In this document: one piece after another, positions 50,440 to 64,000 of the stretch
Numbering within the stretch: the stretch's first letter is position 1
Layout: every line of letters begins with the position of its first letter
Assembly: GCA_050273025.1 (NCBI GenBank)
Contig: CP158635.1
Span: 5,146,001 to 5,210,000, forward strand
Source: Cenococcum geophilum
Taxonomy: Eukaryota
Reading direction: 5' to 3'
Length of the DNA: 64,000 nucleotides
Notes under the pieces: generated by a model
Seen by the model: only the letters and a program-made list of their open reading frames with translations
Database searches by the model: none
Told to the model about the DNA's origin: nothing
Made by a program: the position numbers and the translations under genes

Positions 50440-51090
50440 TTAACTAATCCCCTACTTAAATAAGTCCCCTACTTAAATAAATCCCCTGCGGAAGCCAATG
50501 CCTATATGTTTTACCGCCCTATAGGAACTAGTCCCCTACTTTAATAAATCCCCTACGGGATCTAGTCCCCTATTTTAATAAATCCCCTACGCCGATAAAT
50601 CCCTTACGCTAACGAATCCCCTTTTTAATAAATCCCCTACTCTAATAAATCCCTTACTCTAATAAATCCCCTCTAGGCGCTAACGCCTACGTGTTTTACC
50701 GCCCTATAGGAATTAATGCCCTACGGCTTACATTTCTATACGGCTTTTACTCCCTTATAGAAACTATTAGCCACCTTTTCTACTCCCCTACGGAAACAAA
50801 TCCCCTATAAATTCCGTTCCTATATATAGTAACTATATCTTCTACTACCCTATAAGAACCGTACCCTATAACTTCTATTCCTATACGGCTTTTACTCCTC
50901 TATAGGAATTAGTAGCGATAACTTTTACTCCCTTACGGAAACTAATCTCTTATAGCTTTCAGTTCTCTATAGGAATTAATACCGGCGTTCTTTATCCCTT
51001 TATAGCTTTTAGTTCCTTATAGGAACTAACACCTATATCTTCTACTCCTCTACGGGAACTAATACCCTACGGCTCCTGTTCTCCCGTTCC
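50440..51090. repeat. ~17-bp degenerate minisatellite (AATAAATCCCCTACTCT / CCCTACGG cores)
   Basis: Regular units at 50440-50680 grade into degenerate ccctatagg/ccctacgg units. Confidence 0.8.
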
Positions 51091-51459
51091 TAAATTCGCC
51101 TATATTATAGCCTACTATATAGGCCTTATTGTTATAGGAGTAAGGAAGTATATAGGCTTATATCCCGTATAGGAATAGGAGCTATTTACGTACTAGCTAC
51201 CCATAATTGAGGTTTTAGGACAATAATAGGTACTTTAAGTTATCTAGTTATATTTATTAGAACCCGGGCCTATAACTAGGGATTTAATATATAACCACCC
51301 GACCGTATCTATATCCAAAATCGCAGCTGCCTAGAAGTCTTAAAAAGTGGGAAATACTTAGTAGTAAGTATTTAAATTGCTAACTTAGCCTGGACCCTTA
51401 TAGTTATAGTTAAACTTATTACCTAGTCGTAGAACTGTTTCCAGATACTAATAGGATAA

Positions 51460-53850
51460 CGATTTTTTTTCCTCGTGCGCTAAGGCAAGGGCTGCTCCTA
51501 TAGTATTTTTGATCTACGAAATATAAATAATTTAGCATAAAAATTCTCTACTAGGACTTTAGTATTCCTACCTATTAGCCGTTAAGCTCCCGTCGTGCTA
51601 ATTCCTTAAGCTCTTTATAACTAAATCTTGCCCTACTAGTAACTACCTTCGCTAGGAAACTGGCCTAAAGGCCCCGTCTTATATTAGCGCCTAAGGGAGG
51701 GTATTTTATGGCTATATATATTCTGCTTTGCATTACGTCATTAAAGTCTTTTATATAATTAGTAGTGAGGATTATAATTCCTTTATAGTATTTAAGTTTC
51801 CGCAGAAAAATTAAAGTTAGGTTGTTGCCTATATAATCTAATAATCGTTACTTTATAAATACGTCAGCTTTATTTAATAAAAGTATAGTATTCTAACAGC
51901 TAGCCAGCTAGAAAGCGCAAGAAAGCTAAATTTCAACCTCCTTTGCGTTAGTGGCTAGGTCCCTACTAGATAACTAAAAGAGTTAGGCAAATAGTAGCAG
52001 TTTAAATAAGTAGGGCATACCGTGTAAAGCGGCTTTTACAGCTCTTTTAAAAGTCTTTCTGCGGTTAAGGTTTTTCCAACTCTAAAAGGACTACTAATGC
52101 TCTATATTAGTTTTCTCTAAGTATAAAGTAGAACGGAGCTCGTACTATAGTAGTATAATTAAACTACGTCCTTTACCTAGTATAAAATTATTAAACTAAG
52201 CCCTATTTGCGTAAAAAGCTACAAGAGCCCAAATAAGCTTCTTCCGGTCCTTTGGGATGGCAAGGTTCCAAAAAAAGAGAGTATTCTACTTAATATCGCT
52301 AATATTATTAACAGCAAACTCCACTACTAGATATTAAATTAGCTTTACAGTCTTCTTAGCTCGCGAATCTAGGAACTTACACTAGAGCTTATTATTAAAA
52401 CTAAACCCTAATATAGTTAGGCTGCAAATAAGCAAGTCCTTATATTTTAACTCGGTAGGCTCCTTGCCATTACTCTTAACTTTATTAAGTTTTTTTTTAG
52501 CCAGTTTACTAAAACAAATCGTCTAAATATTATTGGTTTAGTATTTTCGCTACTTATCAATGCTAGGTTTGGCATAGTTTAGATTATTCTCTTAGAAAAG
52601 TACCGGGTCGACTATAATCCGACCATTAATAGATAATCTAGAGGGCTTTCCTTTCTCTATATAAAAGGCTTTACCTTTATACTATTGGTAGTGTATCCCC
52701 ATTAATAAAATGAATTTATAACCGCTATTAGCAAGTTCTTGCTTCTCCTCCTCTGCGTTAGGGTAGTATTTAAGGGGAAAATATGCAAGGCTATGTATTG
52801 GCTTCAAACCTAGGAACTTCCAAATAGTAGCTGCGGTTACAGCCTTACCAAAATTTTTACTATTAAAATCTAGGTACCGACCTTAAATGCGGAAATATTT
52901 ATCTCCTTTATTGTCCTCTTTCACCTCCCCCAAGTTAAATCTTGTGCATCTGTGCTTCTTAGTGCCATAGCATTTCCCATATACTAATTCATTTAACTTA
53001 AATAGAGTTTAGAGCAGATTAAATATAATTTCTCCGCTATCTTATAGCGATATAAGGCGCTGTTTTGTTAAGGCATATATATCCCTAATATAGTTCACTA
53101 AGAGGTTAAGGTAGGTGCTATTTTCTAGGGCTCCCTTATAAGCTTCTAGCTTAAAAAGGAAGTAGTATAATATATTCCGCTCTACCTAGTCTTAAATTAG
53201 CAGCCGATCTAGGGCCTAATAGATAGGGTTTTATACCGTAGGTTTGTCTTCCTTAAGGAAAGTTCTATCTATACCTTATAGAACGGACCTAAGTATATCC
53301 TATAGGCCTTTAAACTTAACGTTAATAAGGTACGTCGTACGTTTAGTCTTCTTATCTATTATTTTATCGTTAGTAATATAAACCTAGTAGCTATTTTCGT
53401 ACTTACTAATATATATACAAACAATAAATATATATTTGTTATATACGTCCACCTTAGAAGGTACTATAGAGGATTTAACTATCTTATACTTTAAGGTTGC
53501 ATTATCCTAGCTATATACGGCAAATCAGCTAGGGTTACACTTTCGGTTTAGTAGGGACATACATTTCATTAACTATCTTATACTCTACCTTTAAAACTTA
53601 GGCTCTTAGTTCTTAAGGTTAGGAACTATTTATAGCTTAAGGCTTAGTAGCCTTAGGAGAGTCTATAGCGCTAGGTATTACTTTTACTACCTTTAATACG
53701 TCCTTAAGCAGCTCTGTAAGGTAAAAAATAGTAACTAGGTCTAAGGGCGGTATAACTAGGCTAGAAAGAGGCGTTTGCGGACTTCCGTAGCTAGGAGGGG
53801 TATCTAGAGACACCTTATATGGCTTTATAGTCTTAGGCTAGTTCGATATT
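51460..53850 (-). pseudogene. RIPped AAA+ ATPase (fungal DUF7025-AAA type)
   Basis: FNNFILGKGRSLIILL, Walker A ..VGKTLTAE split by an intron, Walker B ILLLNKADVFI, LIFLRKLKYYKGIIILTTN, FNDVMQSRIY. Several introns. Confidence 0.85.
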
Positions 53851-56800
53851 ATTGCTTTACAAAGCTTTGGTAACGTAGTGCTAAATTAAAGTATAAAATT
53901 AGTAATGAGCTAAGTGTATAGAGTGAGGAGCTAAGTGTAGAGAAGGTCGATAGTATCAGTTCTCAAACAAGATCCGCCCTCTCTTATACCTATCGATGCG
54001 AAATAAGCTGTGCCACAGGTGTGTCTGCACCCCTCTTCTAGTAATAGGCTACCCTCCCCAATCAATCCTAGCAGACTTTAGTTGAGACACGTTAATATCG
54101 TCTCCGTCGTAGTAAATAAAGCCATAGTGTACGTGCTTGCTATACCTATAGAAATAGTCCCCTAGCTTACATACGGGATTTCAACTCCGGCACTAGGGCG
54201 AGCTTAAAAAAAGACATTACCTAAAGTATGGAAGTGCTCTAATTGACATACAGAAGATAGGTAATGTCTTAGGTCGAATTAAAGATATAAGTGCAGAATT
54301 AGTGCCAGTAATGCTGGCCGGATTACAGTAAGCAATTTGGCTGTGTATCATTTAGGAAGGGCTCTAGAAAGAACCCCTAATTAAAGATCCGATTTTTCAG
54401 GTACTTAACGCCATCCCTCTCTAGGCGATAATACTCAGCCACCCTCGCTTTAAAAGTTCTATAGACCTATATAAATTAGGCAGCTACCTAGCTTTAAAAT
54501 CCAAACCTGGCTTTTAACGGCCCTATAGTATATAATTTAATCAGCTCCTTTCCCTCTCTCCCCCCACTACTATGCCCACTAGTCCCTAATCTTTTAGTAT
54601 ATTAGCAACTACGATACTTTCGCAGTTAAAGGGCCTACTTAAAAAGACTAAGCAATTATAGCCGAAATTCTGTAAAGTCTATCCAACTAATAACTAGTGG
54701 GACACTTTAAGCGACTTAAGCTTAAAACTTTTAGAGGTGGTAAAGAAGGTTTAGGATAAAATTTAAGTGTTAAAGGAATTGCGGATATAGTAAGCGTGGA
54801 AGGAAAGCAAGGAACATAGGTCGAATATATAATTATTAAGGGGTAACCTTTTCGCTAAGGGTTGATTGAAATAATTAGCCGTCTTTAGGAGAAATATTAT
54901 TACAATATTTAAGGGACCTAAAGATTTAAAATTTAATTCTAAGGACGTAAAGTTTAGGAAGGAATCTACCTATAAGAGATGCGAGTTAATCTAAGGCTTA
55001 AGTCCTAACAGGGTAATTTTATAGGTAATTACTTTCGCGCCTACCGTTTAGGCTAGAGGATTAATAGCCTTAGATGTATTTACCTGCCTCCTTAACAATA
55101 TTAAGCCTAAGTTAGTTTAGATATAGCTACCTATAGTACGAGATATATTACACATGCTTAGGGAAGATAAAGAATTTTTATAAAAGTCTCCTAAATACAG
55201 CGAATTTCTTAAAGGTTGGTCTGCTAGATTAGTAAAAACAGCATAAGGAACTAATTATAGCTAGTAATTAACGATCTATTACGGAAGCTAGTAAAACATA
55301 GAAAATAAAGGCGTATTAAAGACGAAAGTAAGTAAAAGAAACTAGCACTAGCCGATTTATTATCACCATTTAAGGAAAATAGGGGTAAGGAGAAGCTTTA
55401 AATATGTATAAGGCCCTACTAATAATTTTACTAATAGAAATAAAGTATATATATATAAATGCACTAGCTAGCAATATCTTAAAATTACCCAAGCTATTTA
55501 GAACGGCCGTTTAGAATAGTTAGCTATAGAAATAAAAAAGAAGTTAATAAGAATTAGAAATAATAGGATGCTTAGCTACTTTATTCCTAAAGGATAATAT
55601 ATAGGATGTCTCCTTTACCATCTAGTGTAGTTACCATAATAGATACTATCTAATTAATGCCTTCGGGCTATAACATGCAATCTCCTCCTAGATTTTAAAA
55701 TATACGCTAGCGCCTTTAACGTAATAAGTATACTTAGTAGGCACCTTATATTCCTAATATTTACTTATATTTTCTTTAAACGTTTTCCGGTCGTTAGTTT
55801 CTTAATTAACAATTAAAAGATATTCGCCTTTAAAGTATATTGTCTTATCTTTGGTAGTTAGGGGGAAAAAATAACCTAGGATATCCTTTTCTTCTTACCC
55901 GGTAAGAGCTTCGTTACCTCTCTAAATAAATATACAAGTTAGCTATAAGTACGTTAAAGGGAGTAAAATAGAAGTTTAAAATATCTAACCGCTATTATTA
56001 ATAAGTAAATAATATAATGCGAAAGGTTTTAACGGAGACACTAAGTTAGCTAGGGGAGGAAGGCTATAATTTACGCAAGACCTATTAGCCTGTTAGTAGC
56101 TAAGGAAGAAAGGCTCAGTTAATATTCACTTTATTTAAGAATGCAACTTATGGTTAACTGGGAAGGGGCACGCGAAAAGGGTAAATAGCTAAGCTGATAT
56201 TTACCTTAATGGCAAAAATAGAATTACTAGATAACTGTGAGAGGCGGAACGCAAGAAACATAAAAAGAGGTAAATGGTAGGCTTAAATAGAGAGCGGCTT
56301 TGCGGAACTGCGCTGCGAACGATCACCGAAGTAGGGTTAAAGGGAAAGGTTAAAGGGAAATTATAAGGGAAAATAGAGGTGTTGCTGCTCAGGCGTTGGT
56401 GCCCGACAGGAAGGCTTATATGAAATAATTGCCAAGCGGCTACCTCTCGAGCTGAGCTGCGGCCGGATTCGCCCTACCCCACCATTAAAGCTTTCTAGCG
56501 CAGAACATCACGTGTATAATTAGGCCACCAGCCGAACAGTAGAACGGGTAAGGCGTCCGCTATAACGCGCATTTCAGCTATACATTAGACACCAACTAAA
56601 ATATCTCATAAGGATTGGATTCTCGTGGCTTGTTCTTATTTATAAGGCAAATTAACTGCAGCCAGTTTATGCGCCTTTACGTCGTATGCATGAGTTAATT
56701 AATTATTAACGCCCGACTTCATATTATTCGGACTGCCGCTCAGTTTCGGCTGTGTCACGTGATTTGAATTGGCTAGCCAAGTCGTGAACGTAGTTTCAGC

Positions 56801-58639
56801 CTTGCATTCTCTATCGTTCGTGGCGTTATAAGTAGTGATAAGTGGTTCTTGCTCACCGCCCTCAAAAAAGTGATGCTCTTGCGAACCTTTTCATGCAGCC
56901 CTTATGTGATTGCCTTCCATTCGAGGCGTCTCGGGAAAACAAGTTATTCCGGCCGAGAACCGCCCACGTGTCTATCCGCTCACCGCACCGAGTCACGTGC
57001 CTTCAACCAGCACTTACCATAGTCCTAATTATAACAAACACTCGTTAAATAAACCTCCTTATCTCGTGCCCAAATTCCCTTCAACGCCAGCCGCTGCCTT
57101 GCATCTGCGAATGCTGGAAGGGCTCACTGGTTTTCTCAGGGTGGATGTTGGCAATACGATGGGCCTATAAAGCTACTAAATGCGAACGCGTTGAGCCGAA
57201 AGCGGAATGGGCTAGATAATTAACAGCGTTTTATATACAGCAGTCTTTATCTAAAACACACTAATATAGGATGTGGAAGGCTGAAGCAAACTTTATAAGG
57301 CCTCCATCTTTATTAAATGCCGCGCTAAATGCGTCTGGTGCCTTATAGGACATAACCATAGGGTAAGGCTTTGCAGGAAGCTAAATATGCAAGACCCCGG
57401 AATTGGGAGTAAATATATAGCTAAAGGTATAGGACTAACCACCTCGATGCAAGGTAATAAAGTTAAATATTTTAGAGCCTTAGCTAGCTAATTATTTATT
57501 TAATCTGGTTCTAACTTAAGAAATAATTAAACTTATATATATATTTTATTTATTATAACCTTAATACTAACTGCTTTATGTGTCTTATATATACCTACTA
57601 TTTTGTAGGCTGTGGCTGTACGGATTAAGACGTCTGGGAGGAAATAAACGGCTATAGCGGACAATATATGGATAATAATATTACGTGGACTAGAGGAACC
57701 CCAGATTAGGCGGGGAGTTATTATAAATATACTTACCCTACTCTAGAGTTGTAAGACCTTCTTAAGTATAACTATAGCTTTAACTATCGCGCGTACGACA
57801 CTATATACTATATCGCCCCCAATTTAAGTTCTTATTACCACTTACCTAGCTCTACTTAACTCTTATTAGTTAGATACTAATTAGGCGGATATAGAGTTAA
57901 TTTATATATTCTCTAAGTAAACACTTAGTTTTGCTAACACTATAGTAGATATAAAGCCTACACAGCATTTAATTACAAAAGTAGTAAGATATATTTAGAT
58001 TATCTTTAACTATAGGGTTCCTAAGAATAATTATAAACCTCCCGTAGCCGCGTTTTGGGTATTAGATAGATTTACCTTTTTAACTACTAGATTTTACCAT
58101 CCAGAATTAGAAAAAGAGGTAAATAATATAGTGGATATATCGTGGGGTCGTGGCGCGAAATTTCCCACCTAAATAGACCTTTGGAAGAATCGAGATACTT
58201 AAGAAAATGCAAAGCAATGAATTTCGTCTTTAAACTCTATATAAGTCTATCTGTAGCTAATATAAATTAGGTGCTAAGCGCTAAGAAAAGGACCGTTAAT
58301 AGCATCCTCTTTTATCATCTTAAGTATAATATTAGGAATATTTATACGTTAAGGTTATTGCCTATAAGGGAGTCCTTTTAGAGACAGTAGGCTTGCCGCA
58401 ATATAGCGTATAAATGTAACTAAAGTAGAAGAAAATGCAGACACTATAACTATGCAGATGCTACCTATTAATATAATGGCCTAGTAAACCTAGTTTTATT
58501 TATTTTTTAGCGTGTAAAGGGTAGTATTACTAATTATCACCTTAACTAGTAAAAGAACTACTACTAATTAAAACACGGGGATACGCCTAAGCTCTAGTCC
58601 CGTCCCTTCTATACGGTAACTCTGCCCTTTACTTTTGCA

Positions 58640-59840
58640 ACTTTAGAAAAAGAATGTACCTATAATAATCTAGCTTTAGCTTGCCGAACGCGTCTTTAGT
58701 AAGACTTAAGGGCATCTTTAGAATTTGAAAGCCCGCTCTTATAGACCTAGGTAGGCTTCTAAGCCACCTTATATTTACGCCCTAACTTAGTTATTCTTTC
58801 CCCTAGAATATTATTAATCTCCTATTTATTATCCAAGCTTATTTTATTAATTTTGTCTTTTTTAGCCTAGGTATAACGCTTTATAGTAGGCTTTGGGTTT
58901 AAAACGTCGCCCTAGTTATTAGTAACGCCACTACTATTACTATCCTCGTCCTTATTATAAGTATAATTGCTAGCCTTATTATGTAGCGGTTTAATGCTGT
59001 GGAGAAGGGTAGGCTTTTAAAGCGAAGGGCTGGCGGGCCGTGGAGTAGATACCGCTTGCTAATTAACTTGCGGGTATTAAGAGTTAAGGTCGAGGATAGG
59101 AGGGATAGGGGGGCTAGAAGACAAGTCTTTACAATAGGTGGGTGGCCTTTATTGCTTCTGGGGACGTGGACTATTACTACCCTCGCCGCCCTCGCCACCC
59201 CTACTACTCTCTTTAGTAGGGTTGTTAGAATTATAATTGGTGACGTTGTTCCGCTTAAGCTAATTAAGCTTCCGCTTCCTTAGCATAAAGGATAATTTGC
59301 CTCCCATATTCCCTTTTTTATAATTACCCTCCTCCCTAATAAGCGGATTGTCTATATGTTATGGTTATTAGGTTATAGTAATAATATTTTTAATATTTAT
59401 AACTTACTAATATTATCCGCATCATTGGCTATTAAGGAGTCTTGGTTAGTTACTATATGGGTCTCCAACTTCTGTATAGCCTAAGGGACAGTTATAATAT
59501 TAATTCCCTTAGCTAGACTATCTATTTTGTTAACGTCTTCTGCCGTAGGTTTAAGATGGTAATATAAAGATGCGTTAAAGAGATCTTCTAGCTCCTTTAA
59601 AGAAGGTAGCTCCTTATTTTTGTCGTCCTTATTACTACGGCCATTTCCGTTACCTAATAATTATTAAGTAAGGCCGTTATATAGGGGGGAAGTGTATACC
59701 TAACTCATGAGGTGCTAGTTAATTACTAACTTTATTAGCTTCATTGCTAGTATTGCCGGCTCTATCGCCTTTAGGTTTTAAGTCTAGGTCGGCTGTATTA
59801 TCTTTAATAAATATTAGATTCGCTGCTAGCCGTTAGACAT
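58640..59840 (-). pseudogene. RIPped gene with C-terminal chromodomain-like segment
   Basis: 58830-58680 translates LDNK*EINNILGERITKLGRKYKVA*KPT*VYKSGLSNSKDALKSY. With TAG read as TGG this is the W-E-I...Y.V.W..TW chromo pattern. Confidence 0.65.
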
Positions 59841-62549
59841 ATTTATAGTTATTAGGGAAAAAGGGAGGGGATAATTGCTAAATTACCTTAATTGCTTCCT
59901 CTAGCGTCTTAGCTATTACTTTTATTCTTATAAATATCTTTATACTTATTAAAAGCCTCAGGATCTACAGGTGCCTTATTAGGTAGAATGTTTAAAAAAG
60001 GTAATATGGAATAACTTGCCTAAGCGCAACTAGCCTAAATATTTCACAGGATTATCTCTTAGAGGGAAGTAAGGTACTCTCTCTTTTTTCGTCCTCCTCT
60101 TTTTAGGTGTGTTACTTACATTTACCTCAGAAGCTGTAATTACATAATACTAAGAAGTCCTTAGTTTTTTAGGGGGTGTAGTGTAGAAATTGATATTATT
60201 AAGTGAAATTTCTAAATGAAAATAAAGGGGTTGAGAAGATGCCACCGTTGCTGCTATTATTTTTCCAATAGCCCTAAAGGACGGGTCACGCTAGGCTTTT
60301 AAGCCCACGCTAGTCCCCTCTTCGCCACTAGCTTATATCCGCAGCATCTACACTAAAATAACCCTACTAGCTTAATAGCGAATTAAAATATATAATCTAC
60401 GCTTTGTTAGCAATTACCGTTCGCAATATATAAAGGTTTATATAGGCTTAAACTCTATTATAAGATTAACGCCTATTAGGAAACTGCGATTAAGACCTAA
60501 CTAACTAAGCTAGCACATTCTGCCTCTAATAGGGGCATCGCACTAAGCCTCCTTATTAAGGAGGTTGGTGGCGAAGTACCTCCTTTGCCCTTATTCCTTA
60601 GGGTTAGGGCTAGCGCTAATATGTCTATTTTCTAACCTAATTATGCTAAAGAGCTAGATCCTCCACGCTAGATCCTCTATAAGACTATAATTCCTAATAT
60701 TAGGTAGGTAAAGGGCGTGCCGTGATTTTACTATAAGTATTAAAAGACACTCTAAGTAATAAGGGTATCCTTAAATCTCTCCCTAGGATCTAAGGAACTT
60801 CCTTAGTTATACTCTATAAAGCTTATAGCTGCTGCTTAGCCTCCTAAATATGCGCAAAAGCCTCACTTTTACTCTTACCTATAGCTAGATATTATAAATA
60901 ACATAAGGGGGTAAATAGCGCGAGTAGATTAGGTGATTACGCTCATATCTATCCTATTATGCCCTTTTAGCTAATACAGCTACCGTATAAAGTCCATCTC
61001 CGTTAGGAGATTAAATACGCGAATTTTCCTCCAGTATTTGTTAGCTAAGAGTAAGATTATAACACCAACTCTACTAGAAGCCAGGCTATGCTACTAGGTA
61101 GGCCGTTTACCTTTAGATTCTACCTTATAAGTCTTAGGTCTATATAAGGGATATTTCCATATAATTTATACCTCCTCAGCTAAATAAGGGGCTAAATTAG
61201 GCTAAAGCTTAGCGGCTTCTCCAATTATAATACAATCCTCTAATTATTAGGGAAAAGTAAGGTTTAGGTCTAGGTTAAGAAGGCGCTAAGGAGGGTAAAG
61301 GCTTTTAGTTTTTAGCAGCGTAGCTTTAACTAAGCTAAGTAACTAGTATCAGCCTATAGTTTCACTAAGGACCCACTTCGGCTTCCGGCTTCGCCTTTAT
61401 TATAATGCTATAATGCGACACTACCTAACGCGTCCCGCAGCTCGCAGCAGCTATAACCTATATAATCTATTACTAGGCGGTTCTCGGCATAGCCTTATAG
61501 CCATTTATAACTATTCCGACAGGGATTAAGTCATATACTGTAGTCACGCCTAAGACACTGCTAGATGCAGAGGTAAAGAAGAGGATAAACGGAAATGTTA
61601 TTCCAGTGCACTAATTGGTAGGGGACGTGGTCAGGAGAAGAGGAGAAAGAGAAGAGAGGAGGAATATAGTAGAACCGAAGCACGCGTTAACACTAGGAGA
61701 GAGTATAAATGTGTCCTATAAAAAGGGCCGGGAGTTGCAGCGCTAGGTTATCGTTAGTATAAAACATGCGGAGATTAGGGAAGGCGGGCAGAGCACCTAC
61801 ATAGACGCTAAGGGGATGGAAAATGCCTCACGGCTGACAGCTAGAGTCCGAGGTAGCACGGTAGCGGGAAAAAAAAGAGGAGATGGAGCATAAGGGCAAA
61901 AGCAGCGAGGAAGAAGGCCTTTTATGGTCGAGGTTGAGGTTGGGTCTTGGCCGAACTGGGGTGGGGAAGCGAGCGCGCCTTGCCCGTAAAGGAACCTCCA
62001 TTTCCTGATGCGTGGTCTCCATGTTGTTTTTTACTATATAAATGCATATTCCGCCCCAAAACCACTCAAAGCCATCTTTATTGCTTGGATTTCGAGGTCT
62101 TCGACCTCCTTCCATCAGCTTTTATTCTAAATGTCGACGCCAAGTTGGCTACACTCGCCAGGGTGGAAAGATGCTCCGCCAGTAGCACCCTCACACATAT
62201 TTCATTTCTGTCACTTGAAAATCCCTTAGCCTTCTCCTATGAGCCTTGATTCCCGTACGTTGACGCTTGGCTGTTACACTATTTGGCGCAGAGTGATGCT
62301 CTACTGCTAGAGTCTTTTTTGTACCCCTTAGCGCTCGTTAGCTCATTTCATCCGCTACTTTGTAGGTTTATTTATCATCAGATACCATTATACGGCGAAG
62401 GCACTATTCTGAGTGTATATGCTGTAGTATATCGAATACCATCAAATGCACGATGATCCCGTACTGCGGTTTGATGATTCATTGATGTATAGGCTCTGAA
62501 ACACTTCTACTTTAATCGTCAATCTCCCGAAGTAATTTGGGTTCGATAT

Positions 62550-63720
62550 TCAGGGAGTTTTCGGAGCAGTATTAGTATTGCCTAGATTCCCAGACACAAA
62601 CACCACCAGAACGGCTGCGTAGGCTGCCGTCGCCGCGAATATTTCTGACCTTTTCGCATTAGTTAGAAGCCCCACGCCAATAGCGAAGAGAATGGTGAAG
62701 CCAGAAATCATCCCGAGTTTAGCACCCGGATTTGTCACAAAGTATAAACTTGTAATGGCACCGATGAGAAGAATTGCAGCGATGACAGTGCTGATGAATG
62801 CTACCGCCCACATGACATGGCGCTCGGGGAAGTGCCTCGTATTATCTCCAGGGTCTGGGTATGCTTTGTCCTTGTGTAAAATATTAGGTAGGGATTGAAT
62901 CAGGAAGCGGGTACGTTACCTGGAAGGGCCAGTGGTCCTGTAGAAAGCGGGATAATGCATCTTTATCTGTGGGAGGTCGAAGGGCAGCGAGATCTTTCTC
63001 ATCATCTAGCATGGACTTCGCTCTTCCGGTCAGGATTGGACTCTCTCCGCGCGATTTTGGATACCTATTCTTTCCATTGAACCAGTTACGGAAAGCAGTG
63101 AGTACCCGGCTACTAGGTCGGTCGAGATTCGCAATTTGTGATTGAAGCAGCAATGCTTCATCTAGTCTCTGGTTAGAAATGCAAAAGAACGCTTCGTCTA
63201 TAATGTCATATCGGAATACAACACTTAAAACGTCCGTAAAGGTTAGCATTTGAGGAAGCCAACTCAGAGAAAGAGGCACCGCGAGGGTTATGACGCCTGT
63301 AATTTCGAAAATCTAATGGAAATAATATTCGAGTATTGTAGTTGACTTACGGTATTCCTTAATCTTTTTCTGGATGAGCTCGGCGAGCTCCATGCGCCTT
63401 CTCTCAGGCCGATTCGGGTTCTCGGCATTCTCCACAAACGTTTCCCACCTCTGCGCCGACAACCTCAATTCCATGTCCTGGCTTTCTTGTGTTTCTTCAT
63501 CCAGCCTATCCAAGGTCCCTTCTAACGCAATCAATTGGCTCTGGAGGTACAGAAGATTGCGCGCGCTGAGTCGATCAAATTTGCGGAAGACATACGACTC
63601 GTTGTTAGGATCATGCGCAATCCAAGCGGCGAGCGCAGGATAGCCGTCTCTAGGGGCTCTCGGCGCTCTAGGAATTGCGAGTTCGATGTCTGGAGGCGCA
63701 CCGATCGCTTGCTTCTGCAT
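62550..63720 (-). CDS. DUF6594-family membrane protein, intact, 3 exons (63720-63351, 63161-62920, 62870-62550)
   Basis: GYPALAAWIA.DP...VFRKFDRLSARNLLYLQSQL, KEYDEALLLQ, DEKDLAAL, and a C-terminal transmembrane region ending AKRSEIFAATAAYAAVLVVFVS. Canonical GT..AG introns. Confidence 0.88.
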
Positions 63721-64000
63721 CTCATTGTAAGTAGTAGAATTTCATACCATTGTATTTGATTCTGGAGCAACTTCCTTTTCTTCTTCACAAGAACAGATCA
63801 TTACGGTGCTATTTGGAGGGTTCGCCACCCTCAAAGCTGACTTGTCGACTCAACGGGGCGTAAAGACAGCGCCAATCTCACGCTGACAACAATCATACCT
63901 TCGCTGTCTTTCCAGCCGCTTTGTTGTGGTTGGGGGAATAGCTGACGTACTCGAGAAGACAGCAAATTAGGCCAACTCATGTATTGCGAATGATACAACA

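Larger units (their letters stand above)
1632..64000 (+). mobile_element. Probable degraded Starship giant transposon (left end and cargo); boundaries not determined
   Basis: Captain-type gene is the first recognisable gene, followed by HET, FunK1 kinase, AAA, PD-(D/E)XK and chromodomain genes and nested TEs. The left end at TTAC 1632-1635 is only a guess. No right end identified. Confidence 0.55.

Noticed and set aside
54560..58200. Several short degraded frames (54570-55500, 55700-56150, 57578-58170)
   Set aside because: Protein-like in places, but no family can be supported.
60500..61420. RIPped minus-strand frame
   Set aside because: No diagnostic motif recognised.

Overview
This is filamentous ascomycete (Pezizomycotina-type) DNA: GT..AG introns with CTAAC branch sites, and long AT/TpA-rich tracts typical of repeat-induced point mutation (RIP). 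Near the start is a RIP-destroyed DUF3435 tyrosine recombinase (Starship 'captain', 1983-4511, +). It is followed by about 60 kb of accessory-type cargo: a GRF zinc finger, two HET-domain genes, a PD-(D/E)XK nuclease, FunK1 kinase(s), an AAA ATPase, a chromodomain gene and DUF6594. Interspersed are a full-length LINE, LINE-tail derivatives, a solo LTR, a MITE, a Fot1/pogo remnant and many 16-19 bp minisatellite arrays. Three observations stand out. (1) An intact HET gene carries a ~225-aa beta-rich N-terminal domain, and a stand-alone gene for the same domain lies next to it, inside a 1.1-kb-arm inverted duplication; this is a candidate paired cell-death or allorecognition module. (2) A ~50-bp GC-rich hairpin motif occurs nine times and brackets cargo genes in inverted pairs. 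(3) The LINE and its short derivative share the same 13-bp target sequence. Family assignments come from motif recognition by eye, not database searches.
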